From contig CBDDTI010000315.1 in the NCBI GenBank assembly GCA_965233585.1, forward strand, positions 1 to 30,190: a DNA stretch of 30,190 nt, given 5' to 3'. Shown piece by piece: positions 11,537 through 23,400 of this stretch; position 1 is the first letter of the stretch; every line of letters begins with the position of its first letter. This DNA is from a bacterium (GTDB lineage Bacteria > SAR324 > NAC60-12). A program made the position numbers and the translations under genes. The notes beneath the pieces were generated by a model. The model had not been told where the DNA came from and ran no database searches. It saw nothing but the letters and a program-made list of their open reading frames with translations.

Positions 11537-14500
11537 CTATTTTATGGCATAATGTCCAAACGGGAGACTTTCAAAATCTGAAAACCAGTAGCGTTTATTA
11601 TCGTAGTTGCTTAAAGCATACTTAGTCTGATTAATGCTATAGATTTGATGGTTCTTGCTTCTGATAGTGTTAAAACTGACTTCTTCTTTACAGTTTCTAT
11701 TCAATGTCTCTTCATAAGTTTTATAACTTAACTGATTACTCACTTTATGCTTTACTACTCCTTTACTCTTCTTATGTTCTTTATCATCACCATATACTTT
11801 ATAGCAATATGCCTTTGGTTTCAATCCTATAAAGTGAGTAATTATTTTACCGTTCATTTCATCCTTGAACTTGCCTAATACCTTCTTATTTGTTTTATCA
11901 TAGTTTGGATGCTCTGGTAGATAATCACTAAAATCCATGTATTCATTAATCTCCTTAAAGTCTTCATATAAGTCATCAGTCTCAACTTTTATTACCTAAC
12001 TATCAGTATCAGTATATACCAACTTGATATTATCTTGATATTTTGGTTTCAAAACATCATAGTAAAACGAATACATGTGAATTTTAGAATAGTCTAAAAT
12101 AGACATACCCATGTAGATAGGTTTGTTTAGTTCCACTGTGTGTTTATCTTTTTCAACAATTACAAGGCCTTCATTTATGATATACCTGTGCTTGAATAGC
12201 GGTTTATTTACCAGTTTTTGGAAGCGTTCAGGCGTATTGACTATCTCATAATCACCATGCTTTCTTACATTCTCCATGGTCTTGCCATATACACTGTTGT
12301 TCATTAGCTTAAACAAATCTTTTTCAAAATCATTTTTGGCATTCTTTCTCTTTTCGGTGTTGAATTCAACGAATGGTTTTAAGAAATTTGCTTGCTTAAA
12401 ACTCATTGCTCTATGGACTTTTCTAAGACGTAATCCATTTTGCAAATAGAACTTCAATGCTGATACATGTAAAACATACTTCTTTTTATCCATAACATTT
12501 AATACTAATTTATTTGCCTTTTCATCACTGGCATCCTTTCCGTAATAGTATTTGTGTATATCCTTTGGACTTGTGAAAGCATACTCTCATTGATACACAT
12601 GATTTCAGGTGCTAATGGATAGCCTTTATGTAAATCATGTAGTTCTTTTGGGTAATCTAAATCAACTTCTAATATGTATCCTATGTCATCATCATCACTA
12701 TATTTCATTACCCTCTTCTCATCCATTCTGCCGTAATACCATTTAAAATCACCATATGGCAGTTTCTTACACATTGCTAATCCGTAAAGGTTATTAGCAT
12801 CTAAATAGCTTATGTATGATGAAGGTTTGGATTTATCATAATCTTCATTCATGTATTTATTGTTTGCTTCTACTTTCTTAAAGGAGCACTGCGTCATTCC
12901 TCCTCTTAATCCATGTTCAATCATCTCATACATTTCTTTTATGTGTACTTGTTGTAGTCTAACTCCTGTCAATGATAAAAACGCATTCCAAGAATAGTTA
13001 GGTAAAGTGATATAATATGCTGGGTCTAAACCATAATAGTTTAAGCACATGTCCCTAAAATTTTCAAATACATCGGTTAGTAAATATACATCAGTCATCA
13101 AATATAAATCATGATATTCACCAAGGTTTTTAATGTTAAAATGTTTCCATACAATATTTGCTCTGGCGTAGTCTTTGTCAGTTATGTTTTCTTCATATAA
13201 TTGACTGTAAAAGTCTTCTTTCTTTGGTAGTTTTGTTTCATCAAATTTATCCCATGAATTCATATAGTCGTATGGATAGACACCCTTATCAGTCAGTAAA
13301 TTCAAATCAGTTTTAGATTTAATGTATGGGTTGGTGCTTGTATATCTGAAACGAGTTTCCCAATCTTTAATCTTTTCGTTTCCCTCATATTTGTTTAATC
13401 TAACTAGTTTATCCAATGACGCAGTTAAGAAAGCAAAACTATCTTTAAACTGACAGGCACCAAATGAAAAGGTTATGAACTTTTCGCTGTTGTGTGCTAT
13501 TACCTCTATTCTTTTGTTTTGGTTTAGTTCTATGTTTAGTTCATTTGCTCTGGCAATGATTAAGTGAGCGTCATAGTTTTTAAGATTATGAAAGAAGATA
13601 GGGATCTTAAAATATCTAAATGAATAATCCAGATTACATTTTACATGCGCTGCGCCTCTGTATTTGCCTGTGAAGTGGCAGTGGTCGCGGACTTTCTCAT
13701 CATCAGGTTCAAATTTCTTACCGCAGATGGAACAATGAGACGATAATTTAAACTCTAATTTTTGTTCGTTTGTTAATTCATCCATTGGTTTATTAACATT
13801 CATTTTTTCAAAAATATCTTTCTTAATTTCGGTCAGTTGTTCTACAAACTGTTTCATACAATCCTCACCTCTGTATAAATACGGTTTGCAAGTATTATCA
13901 ATCCTGCTTACAACATTCAACATATAACCGCAAGGTTTATGTTCTTGGTAAGTTCCTCTGGGAGCACTGCTTCCAGAGCAACTTAGGGCACCTTCGGTGC
14001 CGTAAGTTCCCTTTATTTCAGTATTAGAGTTAGTGGTTAGACATTCAGAATCACCATAGATTACAAAAGGACAAGGCAATTTAGTATTATGCTTTTCAAA
14101 TTCTATATACGTGTCTTTATTTGGCATCTTTGTTTGTTGTCCTTCTGATGCCATACATCCTTTTCAAGCTGGTTCTTATATGCCTTTTCTGATTGAAATG
14201 GATTTAAGCAATGGTGACAGTAGTGTTTTTGCTTTGTATTAGTGTTGCTTTGACAGTTAAGTAATCTACTTTTTTTAAAACTAAAACATAGTGATAATTA
14301 TTGTCTTCATCATAGACCTTTAATAAATCAATCTCATATTTGGCATTTGTATTTTTAGTGCCTCTATGTAATATGATTTTATTATCATTCAAGCAGTCAT
14401 CAGGTTCAAAAACATTTATTGACACTAATTTATTGTTCTCTTCAAATCTGTCTATGTCCCTATTACCAGTCGGAAAATTTACACCATCCCAGTTCAAAAT

Positions 14501-15350
14501 ATCATCTTTTAGTTTATTGTAGTGGAACATTTCTTCTGGGTGATGTTTGCTTATTTTGTCATAGACTACCGATTGAATACAATATCTAAAACATTTTTGG
14601 TCTTTGTTTTTAATGTTGATACATGCCTTTTTTAATTTAATCCATTCTGCTAGTTCTATGTATCTCCCTGCCCTTGTTGGGTCATATCTGTCATAATGAA
14701 TGGTTATTGACAAAATCTTTTTGAAGTGTAAATTAGATGCTGATGCTTCTAAATTTTGTATTTGTAATAAGATTTGTATAAACTGTCTTCTAATGCTTGT
14801 GTCAGTTCATCCTCATTACTGATATTGAAGCGGGTTGAAGGTAAAGCATATACAAGTTCTTGACTGCCGATGTCATTTCCTCCATCATCATATTCAGGTT
14901 TTTCAAAGAGTGCTTCTGTTCTTATGTTAAGTTTCACGCTTCTATTCTTTCTAAAAATTCTACTAGTCTTGGTTTTTGGTGTGCAATCATGTCCAGTCCT
15001 CTTTCTCCTTCAAAGTGTCTATTTTCTAAAACTATTGAATTAGCATATCTTCTGAATGCTGATTGAATATCTCTGACCCTAAATTTGTTTCTGATTGCGT
15101 GTTTGGTCAGTATTTGTCTCACTCTTCCTTCACTGAACGAATCTTTTGCCTTGTTTAAAGCATAACTTCTGTATTCATTAGTTTTCTTTACTGTTAATAG
15201 TTTCTTTGTTAAAACAGTAGATATTGGTTTGTCTTTGTTGTATCTAAATCTTTTATCATCTATTATTCTTGACTTTAATTCTCTCCTTCCTCGTTTTGGT
15301 ATTTCTGCTAAATCATTACTTAGTAGATAGTCTATAACTTTTTTCATCAT
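11537..15350 (-). pseudogene. polB: Full-length protein-primed PolB (~1270 codons) in six ORF fragments: N-terminal extension, OTU-like region, Zn finger, exonuclease with EndoVII-like Zn insert, polymerase
   Basis: YIELAEWIKLKKACINIKNKDQKCF...HYVLV; Exo I VIYGDSE; CSICG...VRDHCHFTGKYRGAAHVKCNL; Exo II FHNLKNYDAH; Exo III YLMTDV; motifs A, B and C. About five frameshifts plus a TAG right after YTDTDS (11996-11998). Confidence 0.93.
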
Positions 15351-15475
15351 ATAATAGTATATATTTTATCTAGTTAATTTATCTTTAAGTAGGTTTTTAA
15401 AGAATGATATATTTTAATCTGAGAATATTTGCGGAAAGAATAGTTATTTAAGTATATATTATTAGGATGAATTTT

Positions 15476-16064
15476 ATGAAGGATTTGCCTGTTGATGTAC
15501 TGAGTAATATTGTATCATATACTCATGGAGATCCTGAATATGTGAAAATGAAATATAGACATAGTGAAGCATTGGAAGAGTAGAGGATACATATAGAGTA
15601 TCAAAACTTGGTCCGAAAAAGGACAGAACGATAAGACAAAGAGACAAGATGTATATAGAGTATTGTATTTTGAGAAAGGGAGTACCATTTAGTTTGAAAA
15701 GTATAAGAAACATCATAACAGAAGAAAGAAAGAATTACTATTTTTAATTTATGAAGAAGTAGAAGATGATTTAGATTATAGAGTTAAACTTGATATTGAG
15801 GTTCAATTAGTGGCAAAACTCCCAGAAAAGGAATATGGAGAAAATGAATTTAGTTATACAGAGATTTATTTTATGAATGGCTTTGATGAATATTTAGATG
15901 AAGATAGTATAGATACAATATTAGAGAAAGCAGTTGAAGAAATACAGGAAGATATAGATGAAGACCGACATAAAGATAGTATCATAGGAATACAAGCATT
16001 TCATTTTAAATTAATAATTATTGAAGACATTTACTACTATTTGATTTATGAATTATTAAGATAG
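15476..16064 (+). pseudogene. Decayed acidic-protein gene divergent from polB, starting with an F-box-like motif
   Basis: ATG 15476 gives MKDLPVDVLSNIVSYTHGDPEY...EE*. The downstream fragment 15810-16064 is Glu/Asp-rich. Joining the two is inferred. Confidence 0.45.
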
Positions 16065-16244
16065 GATTATTAAAGGTGAGGAAATTGTCTTTATTATGGT
16101 TTGTTGTTTTGTTTTTTTATTTTGATGTTTTTTTTGTTTTTGTTTTGGGTATGGAATGGATGAGGTCATGATGTGATTTTCTATGCACGAAAAATATCAA
16201 AAAAATCTGAAAACAGATTTAAGAAAATGACTGTTTTAAGATAT

Positions 16245-16559
16245 ATGGATGATAAAACCTGTAAAACTTGTGAAAGAACTATGGACATTGATAATTTTGA
16301 TGAAGGGTTAAAAACTTGTAAAATGTGCTTGTCAGATAAAAGAACCAGTTATCACAAACATAAACATAAACGAAATGAGGTTCAAAGAAAAAGATATGAA
16401 GAAGATGAGGAATATAGAAAAATGAAGCAGGACTATAATAACACATTTCAATCTAAAATTGTTAGTTGTTCTGTTTGTAATTGTTCAATGACCCAAGCAA
16501 ATTACTATAAGCATAAGAAAACAGAGAAGCATCAAAGAAACTTAAATAATAGTCAGTAG
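16245..16559 (+). CDS. Small double zinc-binding protein (CxxC...CxxC plus C2H2-type finger), 104 aa
   Basis: MDDKTCKTCE...TCKMCL...VSCSVCNCSMTQANYYKHKKTEKH; in-frame ATG at 16245. Confidence 0.75.
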   Translation: MDDKTCKTCERTMDIDNFDEGLKTCKMCLSDKRTSYHKHKHKRNEVQRKRYEEDEEYRKMKQDYNNTFQSKIVSCSVCNCSMTQANYYKHKKTEKHQRNLNNSQ

Positions 16560-16704
16560 TTAGGTTTCAATAAAATGAATGAGGTAATTAGGTATTGACT
16601 TTTATGATTTATAGAAATGAAAGAGGTAATACATGGTTAGTAGTGATGATTTTGAAAAAATGAATGAGGTAATTATGCCTTGACTGTTTTTATTTTCATT
16701 ACAG

Positions 16705-16747
16705 TTTTAATATTGTTGAACAAATGAAGTAATCAACAATATTAAAA
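16705..16747. other. Perfect 15-bp inverted repeat with 13-nt loop near the outer end of arm B
   Basis: TTTTAATATTGTTGA ... TCAACAATATTAAAA. Confidence 0.85.
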
Positions 16748-16815
16748 ATCTGTGTTTAGACGGTTATAATTGAAATTAAAAACTTCTATGAACTGTGGTT
16801 TTTTACATTTTTTCT

Positions 16816-16915
16816 CCAACCCCACCCCAAACCCGTAAGCCATCCTTGGTTTGCCCGTGTGAGCGAACGTTAACATCCCAACCCCACCCCACCCCAACCC
16901 CACCCCAACCCCGTG
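16816..16915. repeat. (CCCCA/CCCCAA)n low-complexity repeat
   Basis: Repeated CCCCACCCCAACCCC runs directly after the AT-rich arm. Confidence 0.8.
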
Positions 16916-17457
16916 GGCCTAAAAGGTAGAACCATTGCTAAATGTAAGACAATTGTATTGTAAGTTGGCTCATAGTATCGTTTTATGGACTGCTTTGCAC
17001 GTAATCAGCTTGTAATTCATAGGGTTTCACAGAAATTTCGGCGCAACTGATCGGCAAAAAAGTAGGGCCACAGTTTCGTCGCAAGTGATCGGCGAAATTT
17101 CGTCGTAAGATGTCGTAAGTGAATGGCAGACCAGTTCAACCCAAACAATTGCAAGGAGAGAACATAAAGTGATAATGGGTGATTATCATGTTGAGTAGAA
17201 AGGTGATGGGAGTAATCGGGGGGTACATGCAATATCATGCAATCATTTCGGGGGATGTATGAGAGATACCAGAATTATACATAATTACATAAATCAGATA
17301 TAATTTATGATATAATCATATAATTATATGTTTGTATAAATATAAATATATACGGTATACACACTATGTTTATTGGATTTATCCAAGAATTGGGGCATGT
17401 AGCTCAAAAAAGTTCGGTTTTTCAATGGGGGTCCCACGTCTGTTCTACATCGCCAAG

Positions 17458-20400
17458 GAAGAAGCGATACACCGTCGCCCAGTACGCCGCTGTTGGCCTA
17501 CTTACCGCTGGTGCCTACCACTGGGGCTGCCTGACATTTCCTGTCAGCCGTTGAGATGAACAGTGATGAACAGTGACTAATAGATATATCCACTTGTTTA
17601 TAACAGTGACTAACGGTTCACTATTAATGTGTTTATAATAGTGATATATCCACTATTAGTCCTGTTTATATTGAGATGACTAATAGTGGATACAATATAT
17701 CCACTGGTTTTTATAAGATTTGCGCAAGGTTCTGTTGCTGCTCACTTGCTGATGTTTGAAAGGATATTTGTGGAGTGTAGCTGGCTCATTCCAGGAATGC
17801 TTTAGCGGATCCCAAGCTTTAGCGGCACTTCTCCTTGTTATTTTCTCTAACTTGTGGGGTAATTCTTATCCCTTTGCCCCTTCGATGAATTTATTTTGTG
17901 AGCTTTGCTCATTGGCTCATTCACCCGCCTTAGCTTCAAATCATTCCCCTTTGCACATGCATTTCCTTGTTTCTCATTGGGGATGGATCCAGCACCTAGA
18001 CCATATTTTCCCGAGAGCGTCTGAGCGCAGGGTTCTTCCAATAGTGGGGGTCTGTATCTCATCTTCTCATCTTCACACCTTCTCATCTTCACACCTTCTC
18101 TCACACCTTCTCATCTTCACATCTGCTCATCTTCACATCTGCTCATCTTCAAATCTGCTCATCTTCACATCTGCTCATCTTCACATCTGCTCATCTTCAC
18201 ATCTTCACATACTCACATCACCTTCTCATCTTCACATCTGCTCATCTTCACACCTTTTCATCTTCACATCTGCTCATCTTCACATCTGCTCATCTTCACA
18301 TCTGCTCATCTTCACATCTTCTCATCTTCACATCTGCTCATCTTCACATCTGCTCATCTTCACATCTGCTCATCTTCACATCTTCACATACTCACATCTT
18401 CACTTTCTCTCTCTCGCACTCACATCTTCACATACTCACATCTTCTCTCTCTCCCTCTCTCTATCTCTCTCTCTCTCTCCCTCCTCTTTCCTCTCTCCTT
18501 TCTCTCCCTCTCTCCTTTCTCTCCTTTTTCTCTCTCTCGCCTTCTTTATCTTTCTCTCTTTAGGCCGAGGGTGGTGCCGGCGGGGAGTCACGAAACGTCA
18601 ACCCTTTCGCACGAAATGAGGGTCGATCGTCAAAAACTGAGGAAAAATTGCGATTTTACTTGTGCCGGAGCAACCCTTTCGCACGAAATGAGGGTCGATG
18701 CGCAAAAACTGAGGAAAAATTGCGATTTTACTTGTCCCCGAGCAACCCTTTTGCACGAAATGATGGTCGATGCGCAAAAACTGAGGAAAAATTGCGATTT
18801 TACTTGTGCCGGAGCAACTCTTTCGCACGAAATGAGGGTCGGTGCGCAAAAACTGAGGAAAAATTGCGATTTTACTTGTCCTGGAGCAACCCTTTCGCAC
18901 GAAATGAGGGTCGATGCGCAAAAACTGAGGAAAAATTGCGATTTTACTTGTGCCGGAGCAACCCTTTCGCACGAAATGAGGGTCGATGCGCAAAAACTGA
19001 GGAAAAATTGCGATTTTACTTGTCCTGGAGCAACCCTTTCGCACGAAATGAGGGTCGATGCGCAAAAACTGAGGAAAAATTGCGATTTTACTTGTGCCGG
19101 AGCAACTCTTTCGCACGAAATGAGGGTCGATGCGCAAAAACTGAGGAAAAATTGCGATTTTACTTGTCCTGGAGCAACCCTTTCGCACGAAATGAGGGTC
19201 GATGCGCAAAAACTGAGGAAAAATTGCGATTTTACTTGTCCTGGAGCAACCCTTTCACACGAAATGAGGGTCGATCCGCAAAAACTGAGGAAAAATTGCG
19301 ATTTTACTTGTGTCGGAGCAACCCTTTCGCACGAAATGAAGGTCAATGCGCAAAAACTGAGGAAAAATTGCGATTTTACTTGTCCTGGAGCAACCGTTTC
19401 GCACGAAATGATGGTCGATGCGCAAAAACTGAGGAAAAATTGCGATTTTACTTGTCCCCGAGCAACCCTTTTGCACGAAATGAGGGTCGATGCGCAAAAA
19501 CTGAGGAAAAATTGCGATTTTACTTGTGCCGGAGCAACCCTTTCGCACGAAATGAGGGTCGGTGCGCAAAAACTGAGGAAAAATTGCGATTTTACTTGTC
19601 CTGGAGCAACCCTTTCGCACGCAATGAGGGTCGATGCGCAAAAACTGAGGAAAAATTGCGATTTTACTTGTCCTGGAGCAACCCTTTCGCACGAAATGAG
19701 GGTCGATGCGCAAAAACTGAGGAAAAATTGCGATTTTACTTGTGCCGGAGCAACTCTTTCGCACGAAATGAGGGTCGATGCGCAAAAACTGAGGAAAAAT
19801 TGCGATTTTACTTGTCCTGGAGCAACCCTTTCGCACGAAATGAGGGTCGATGCGCAAAAACTGAGGAAAAATTGCGATTTTACTTGTCCTGGAGCAACCC
19901 TTTCACACGAAATGAGGGTCGATCCGCAAAAACTGAGGAAAAATTGCGATTTTACTTGTGTCGGAGCAACCCTTTCGCACGAAATGAAGGTCAATGCGCA
20001 AAAACTGAGGAAAAATTGCGATTTTACTTGTCCTGGAGCAACCGTTTCGCACGAAATGATGGTCGATGCGCAAAAACTGAGGAAAAATTGCGATTTTACT
20101 TGTGCCGGAGCAACCCTTTTGCACGAAATGAGGGTCGATGCGCAAAAACTGAGGAAAAATTGCGATTTTACTTGTGCCGGAGCAACCCTTTCGCACGAAA
20201 TGAGGGTCGGTGCGCAAAAACTGAGGAAAAATTGCGATTTTACTTGTCCTGGAGCAACCCTTTCACACGAAATGAGGGTCGATCCGCAAAAACTGAGGAA
20301 AAATTGCGATTTTACTTGTGCCGGACTTGTCTGTGTGTAAAAGCGTCTGTGTGTAAGAGTCTCTGTGTGTAAAAGTGTTTGTGTGTAAAAGTGTTTGTGT

Positions 20401-23400
20401 GTAAAAGTGTTTGTGTGTAAAAGCTTCTGTGTGTAAAAGCTTCTGTGTGTAAAAGCGTCTGTGTGTAAAAGACTGTGTGCAAAAGCGTCTGTGTGTAAAA
20501 GCGTCTGTGTGTAAAAGCGTCTGTGTGTAAAAGCGTCTGTGTGTAAAAGTGTTTGTGTGTAAAAGTGTGTGTGTAAAAGCCTCCGTGTGTGTAAAAGCGT
20601 CTGTGTGTAAAAGCGTCTGTGTGTAAAAGCGTCTGTGTGTAAAAGCGCCTGTGTGTAAAAACATCTGTGTGTAAAAGCGTCTGTGTGTAAAAGTGTTTGT
20701 GTGTAAAAGTGTTTGTGTGTAAAAGTGTCTGTGTGTAAAAGCGTCTGTGTGTAAAAGCGTCTGTGTGTAAAAGCGTCTGTGTGTAAAAGCGTCTGTGTGT
20801 AAATGCGTCTGTGTGTAAAAGCGTCTGTGTGTAAAAACATCTGTGTGTAAAAGCGTCTGTGTGTAAAAGCGTCTGTGTGTAAAAGCTTCTGTGTGTAAAA
20901 GTGTTTGTATGTACAAGTGTTTGTGTGTAAAAGCGTCTGTGTGCAAAAGCGTCTGTGTGTGTGTAAAAGCTTCTGTGTGTAAAAGCTTCTGTGTGTAAAA
21001 GCGTCTGTGTGTAAAAGTCTCTCTGTGTAAAAGTGTTTGTGTGTAAAAGTGGTTGTGTGTAAAATCGTCTGTGTAAGAGCGTCTGTGTGTAAAAATCTCT
21101 GTGTAAAAGTCTCTGTGTGTAAAAGTCTCTGTGTGTAAAAGTGTTTGTGTGTAAAATCGTCTGCGGGTAAAAGCCTCTGTGTGTAAAAGTCTCTGTGTGT
21201 AAAAGCGTCTGTGTGTAAAAGCGTCTGTGTGTAAAAACGTCTGTGTGTAAAAGCGTCTGTGTGTAAAAGCGTCTGTGTGTAAAAGTGTCTGTGTGTAAAA
21301 GCGTCTGTGTGTAAAAGCGTCTGTGTGTAAAAGCGTCTGTGTGTAAAAGCATCTGTGTGTAGAAACATCTGTGTGTAAAAGCGTCTGTGTGTAAAAGTGT
21401 TTGTGTGTAAAAGCGTCTGTGTGTAAAAGCGTCTGTGTGTAAAAGCGTCTGTGTGTAAATGCGTCTGTGTGTATAAGCGTCTGTGTGTAAAAACATTTGT
21501 GTGTAAAAGCGTCTGTGTGTAAAAGCGTCTGTGTGTAAAAGCTTCTGTGTGTAAAAGTGTTTGTATGTAAAAGTGTTTGTGTGTACAAGCTTCTGTGTGT
21601 AAAAGCTTCTGTGTGTAAAAGCGTCTGCGTGTAAAAGCGTCTGTGTGTAAAAGCGTCTGTGTGCAAAAGCGTCTGTGTGTAAAAGCTTCTGTGTGTAAAA
21701 GCTTCTGTGTGTAAAAGCGTCTGTGTGTAAAGGTCTCTCTGTGTAAAAGTGTTTGTGTGTAAAAGTGTTTGTCTGTAAAAAGTTCTGTGTATGAAAAACT
21801 TTACAAAAACACGATGCAAACTATTGTCTTGTACTAGTCATATATTGTCTTGATACTACTCTTCTCGTCTGCCTATAATACATCTTTAATATATTATCTT
21901 GTAATATAGTGTCTCCATACTAACAACAGAAGACTCTGCTCCTCTACGCTCTCGCTCCGTCGTCTAGTTTTTTTGGGATGAACATCCATAAATCCCCAAG
22001 CTGGGGGGTTCACAGGGTACTCTGCCAGGTGTGGTGGTCTTCACCCTTGGGGACGCCAAAGGCAGATGAACATCCGGCCAGCTGTAGCTTCACCATTGGT
22101 CCGACCAGTAACCACATCATGAAATCCAACCATGGATTAACCTTTCGAAATCAAACCAACAAAAACCGTCATGATCAACCATGATCTCCCATAAAACATT
22201 CCCATCTAAAACATATTTGCATTGTGGTTTCATCAGTTTCATCCCCATTTCGGGTGAAAATCCTGTGGCTTTCATCACCATTTTGGCTGTTCAAAAAATC
22301 CCTATGAAAACCATCCCATCATCCCAGTTCCATCAGTTTCATCCACATTTTGGGTGAAAATCCCATGAAAACCATCCTGGGTTCTGGAGGCCGCGCCTTC
22401 TTCAACCCCGTGGGCATCGCCTTCATTGTGGCCGGCTCGCTGTCGGACGCCATGGCGGCGAACTACGAGGAGAAGGTCTTCTTCTCCAGGCGGGGCGCCT
22501 GTTATGGGGGGTTTGGGTGATTTTCTGGGATGTTATGAGGATTTCTTGGTTTTTTTTGGTGGTTGGACTTGGTGGAATAAACGGGATATGAGGGGATAAG
22601 CAATAGTACTAGGATATACTAGGAGATTACCGGGATAACCATATGTGGTTTATATACACTTCGTACATAGCCAGTGTTTTGTAAACTACTTAGTCAGTAC
22701 CCAATCAGTTAATAACCATAGTAGAAGGTAGTTATATGGAATGTCCCCTAAGATGAAGAGATTTTGGGCTCAACACTTGGGATGCCTGGGATGCACCTGC
22801 TGCAGGTGACAGTTGCTCCTTTAAAATCACCATAAAATCCTATGAACCCCCAGACATGGGAATTTGACATGAGACTCTAATGAGACTGGGTCAAACTTTC
22901 GAGCCCAATGTGGGCCGCTTGACCCAGTGCGTTCTGGTCCCAAAGTGGGGGATAGAACCAATGATGGATTCCCATCTGGTAATTTAACATAACTATGGAA
23001 AATCACCATTTTTAATGGGAAAATCCACTATAAATGGTCATTTTCAATAGCTATGTTAAATTACCAATGGTCTACCATCTGGTAATGAAACGCGGCAATG
23101 GAAAATCCAAGATATTCATGGAGGCTTTAGGAAAATCCATTGCCATGTCAGATTACCGGAGGGCAGCAATAAAATCCACCGTGCATCTGGGTAGGTGCTG
23201 AACCTTGGTGCGATACAGGGAGAACTGAACCACCATAGAAACATCACAAACTGAGAGTTAATACCCTCTGGTGAACTAACATAGCAATTGAAAATGGCCA
23301 TTTATAGTGGATTTTCCCATTAAAAATGGTGATTTTCCATTGCTATGTTAGTTCACCAGAGGGTAAACACATGACATATCCGGCATTTTTCAGTGTTCAA

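Larger units (their letters stand above)
9448..16800 (-). mobile_element. Polinton/Maverick-like module, arm B (inverted relative to arm A); outer boundary approximate
   Basis: Order: Zn-finger, integrase, GIY-YIG, full-length pPolB, F-box-like remnant, second Zn-finger gene. AT-rich and intronless; composition changes abruptly at ~16810. Confidence 0.88.
18008..21967. mobile_element. Putative non-autonomous element with imperfect subterminal inverted repeats, filled with tandem arrays, flanked by T-runs
   Basis: 18012-18038 (CGAGAGCGTCTGAGCGCAGGGTTCTTC) is an imperfect reverse complement of 21929-21954 (GAAGACTCTGCTCCTCTACGCTCTCG). The 3' end is CTAG followed by a T-run, and TTTT precedes the 5' end. 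Confidence 0.55.

Noticed and set aside
1..12873. Fold-back read or assembly artefact explaining the inverted arms
   Set aside because: The arms differ by substitutions, a nonsense codon and a 14-bp duplication, and are separated by 6 kb of unique sequence. Unlikely, but read-level confirmation is still needed.
17756..18619. 287-aa His/Ser/Leu-rich ORF
   Set aside because: Mostly a translation of the 16-bp minisatellite and CT tract.
18600..20326. CRISPR array
   Set aside because: Units are head-to-tail with no unique spacers, there are no cas genes, and the context is eukaryotic.
18571..21819. Long ORFs (up to 912 aa) across the 72-bp and 16-bp arrays
   Set aside because: They are open in several frames on both strands simply because the repeat units lack stops; there is no domain evidence.
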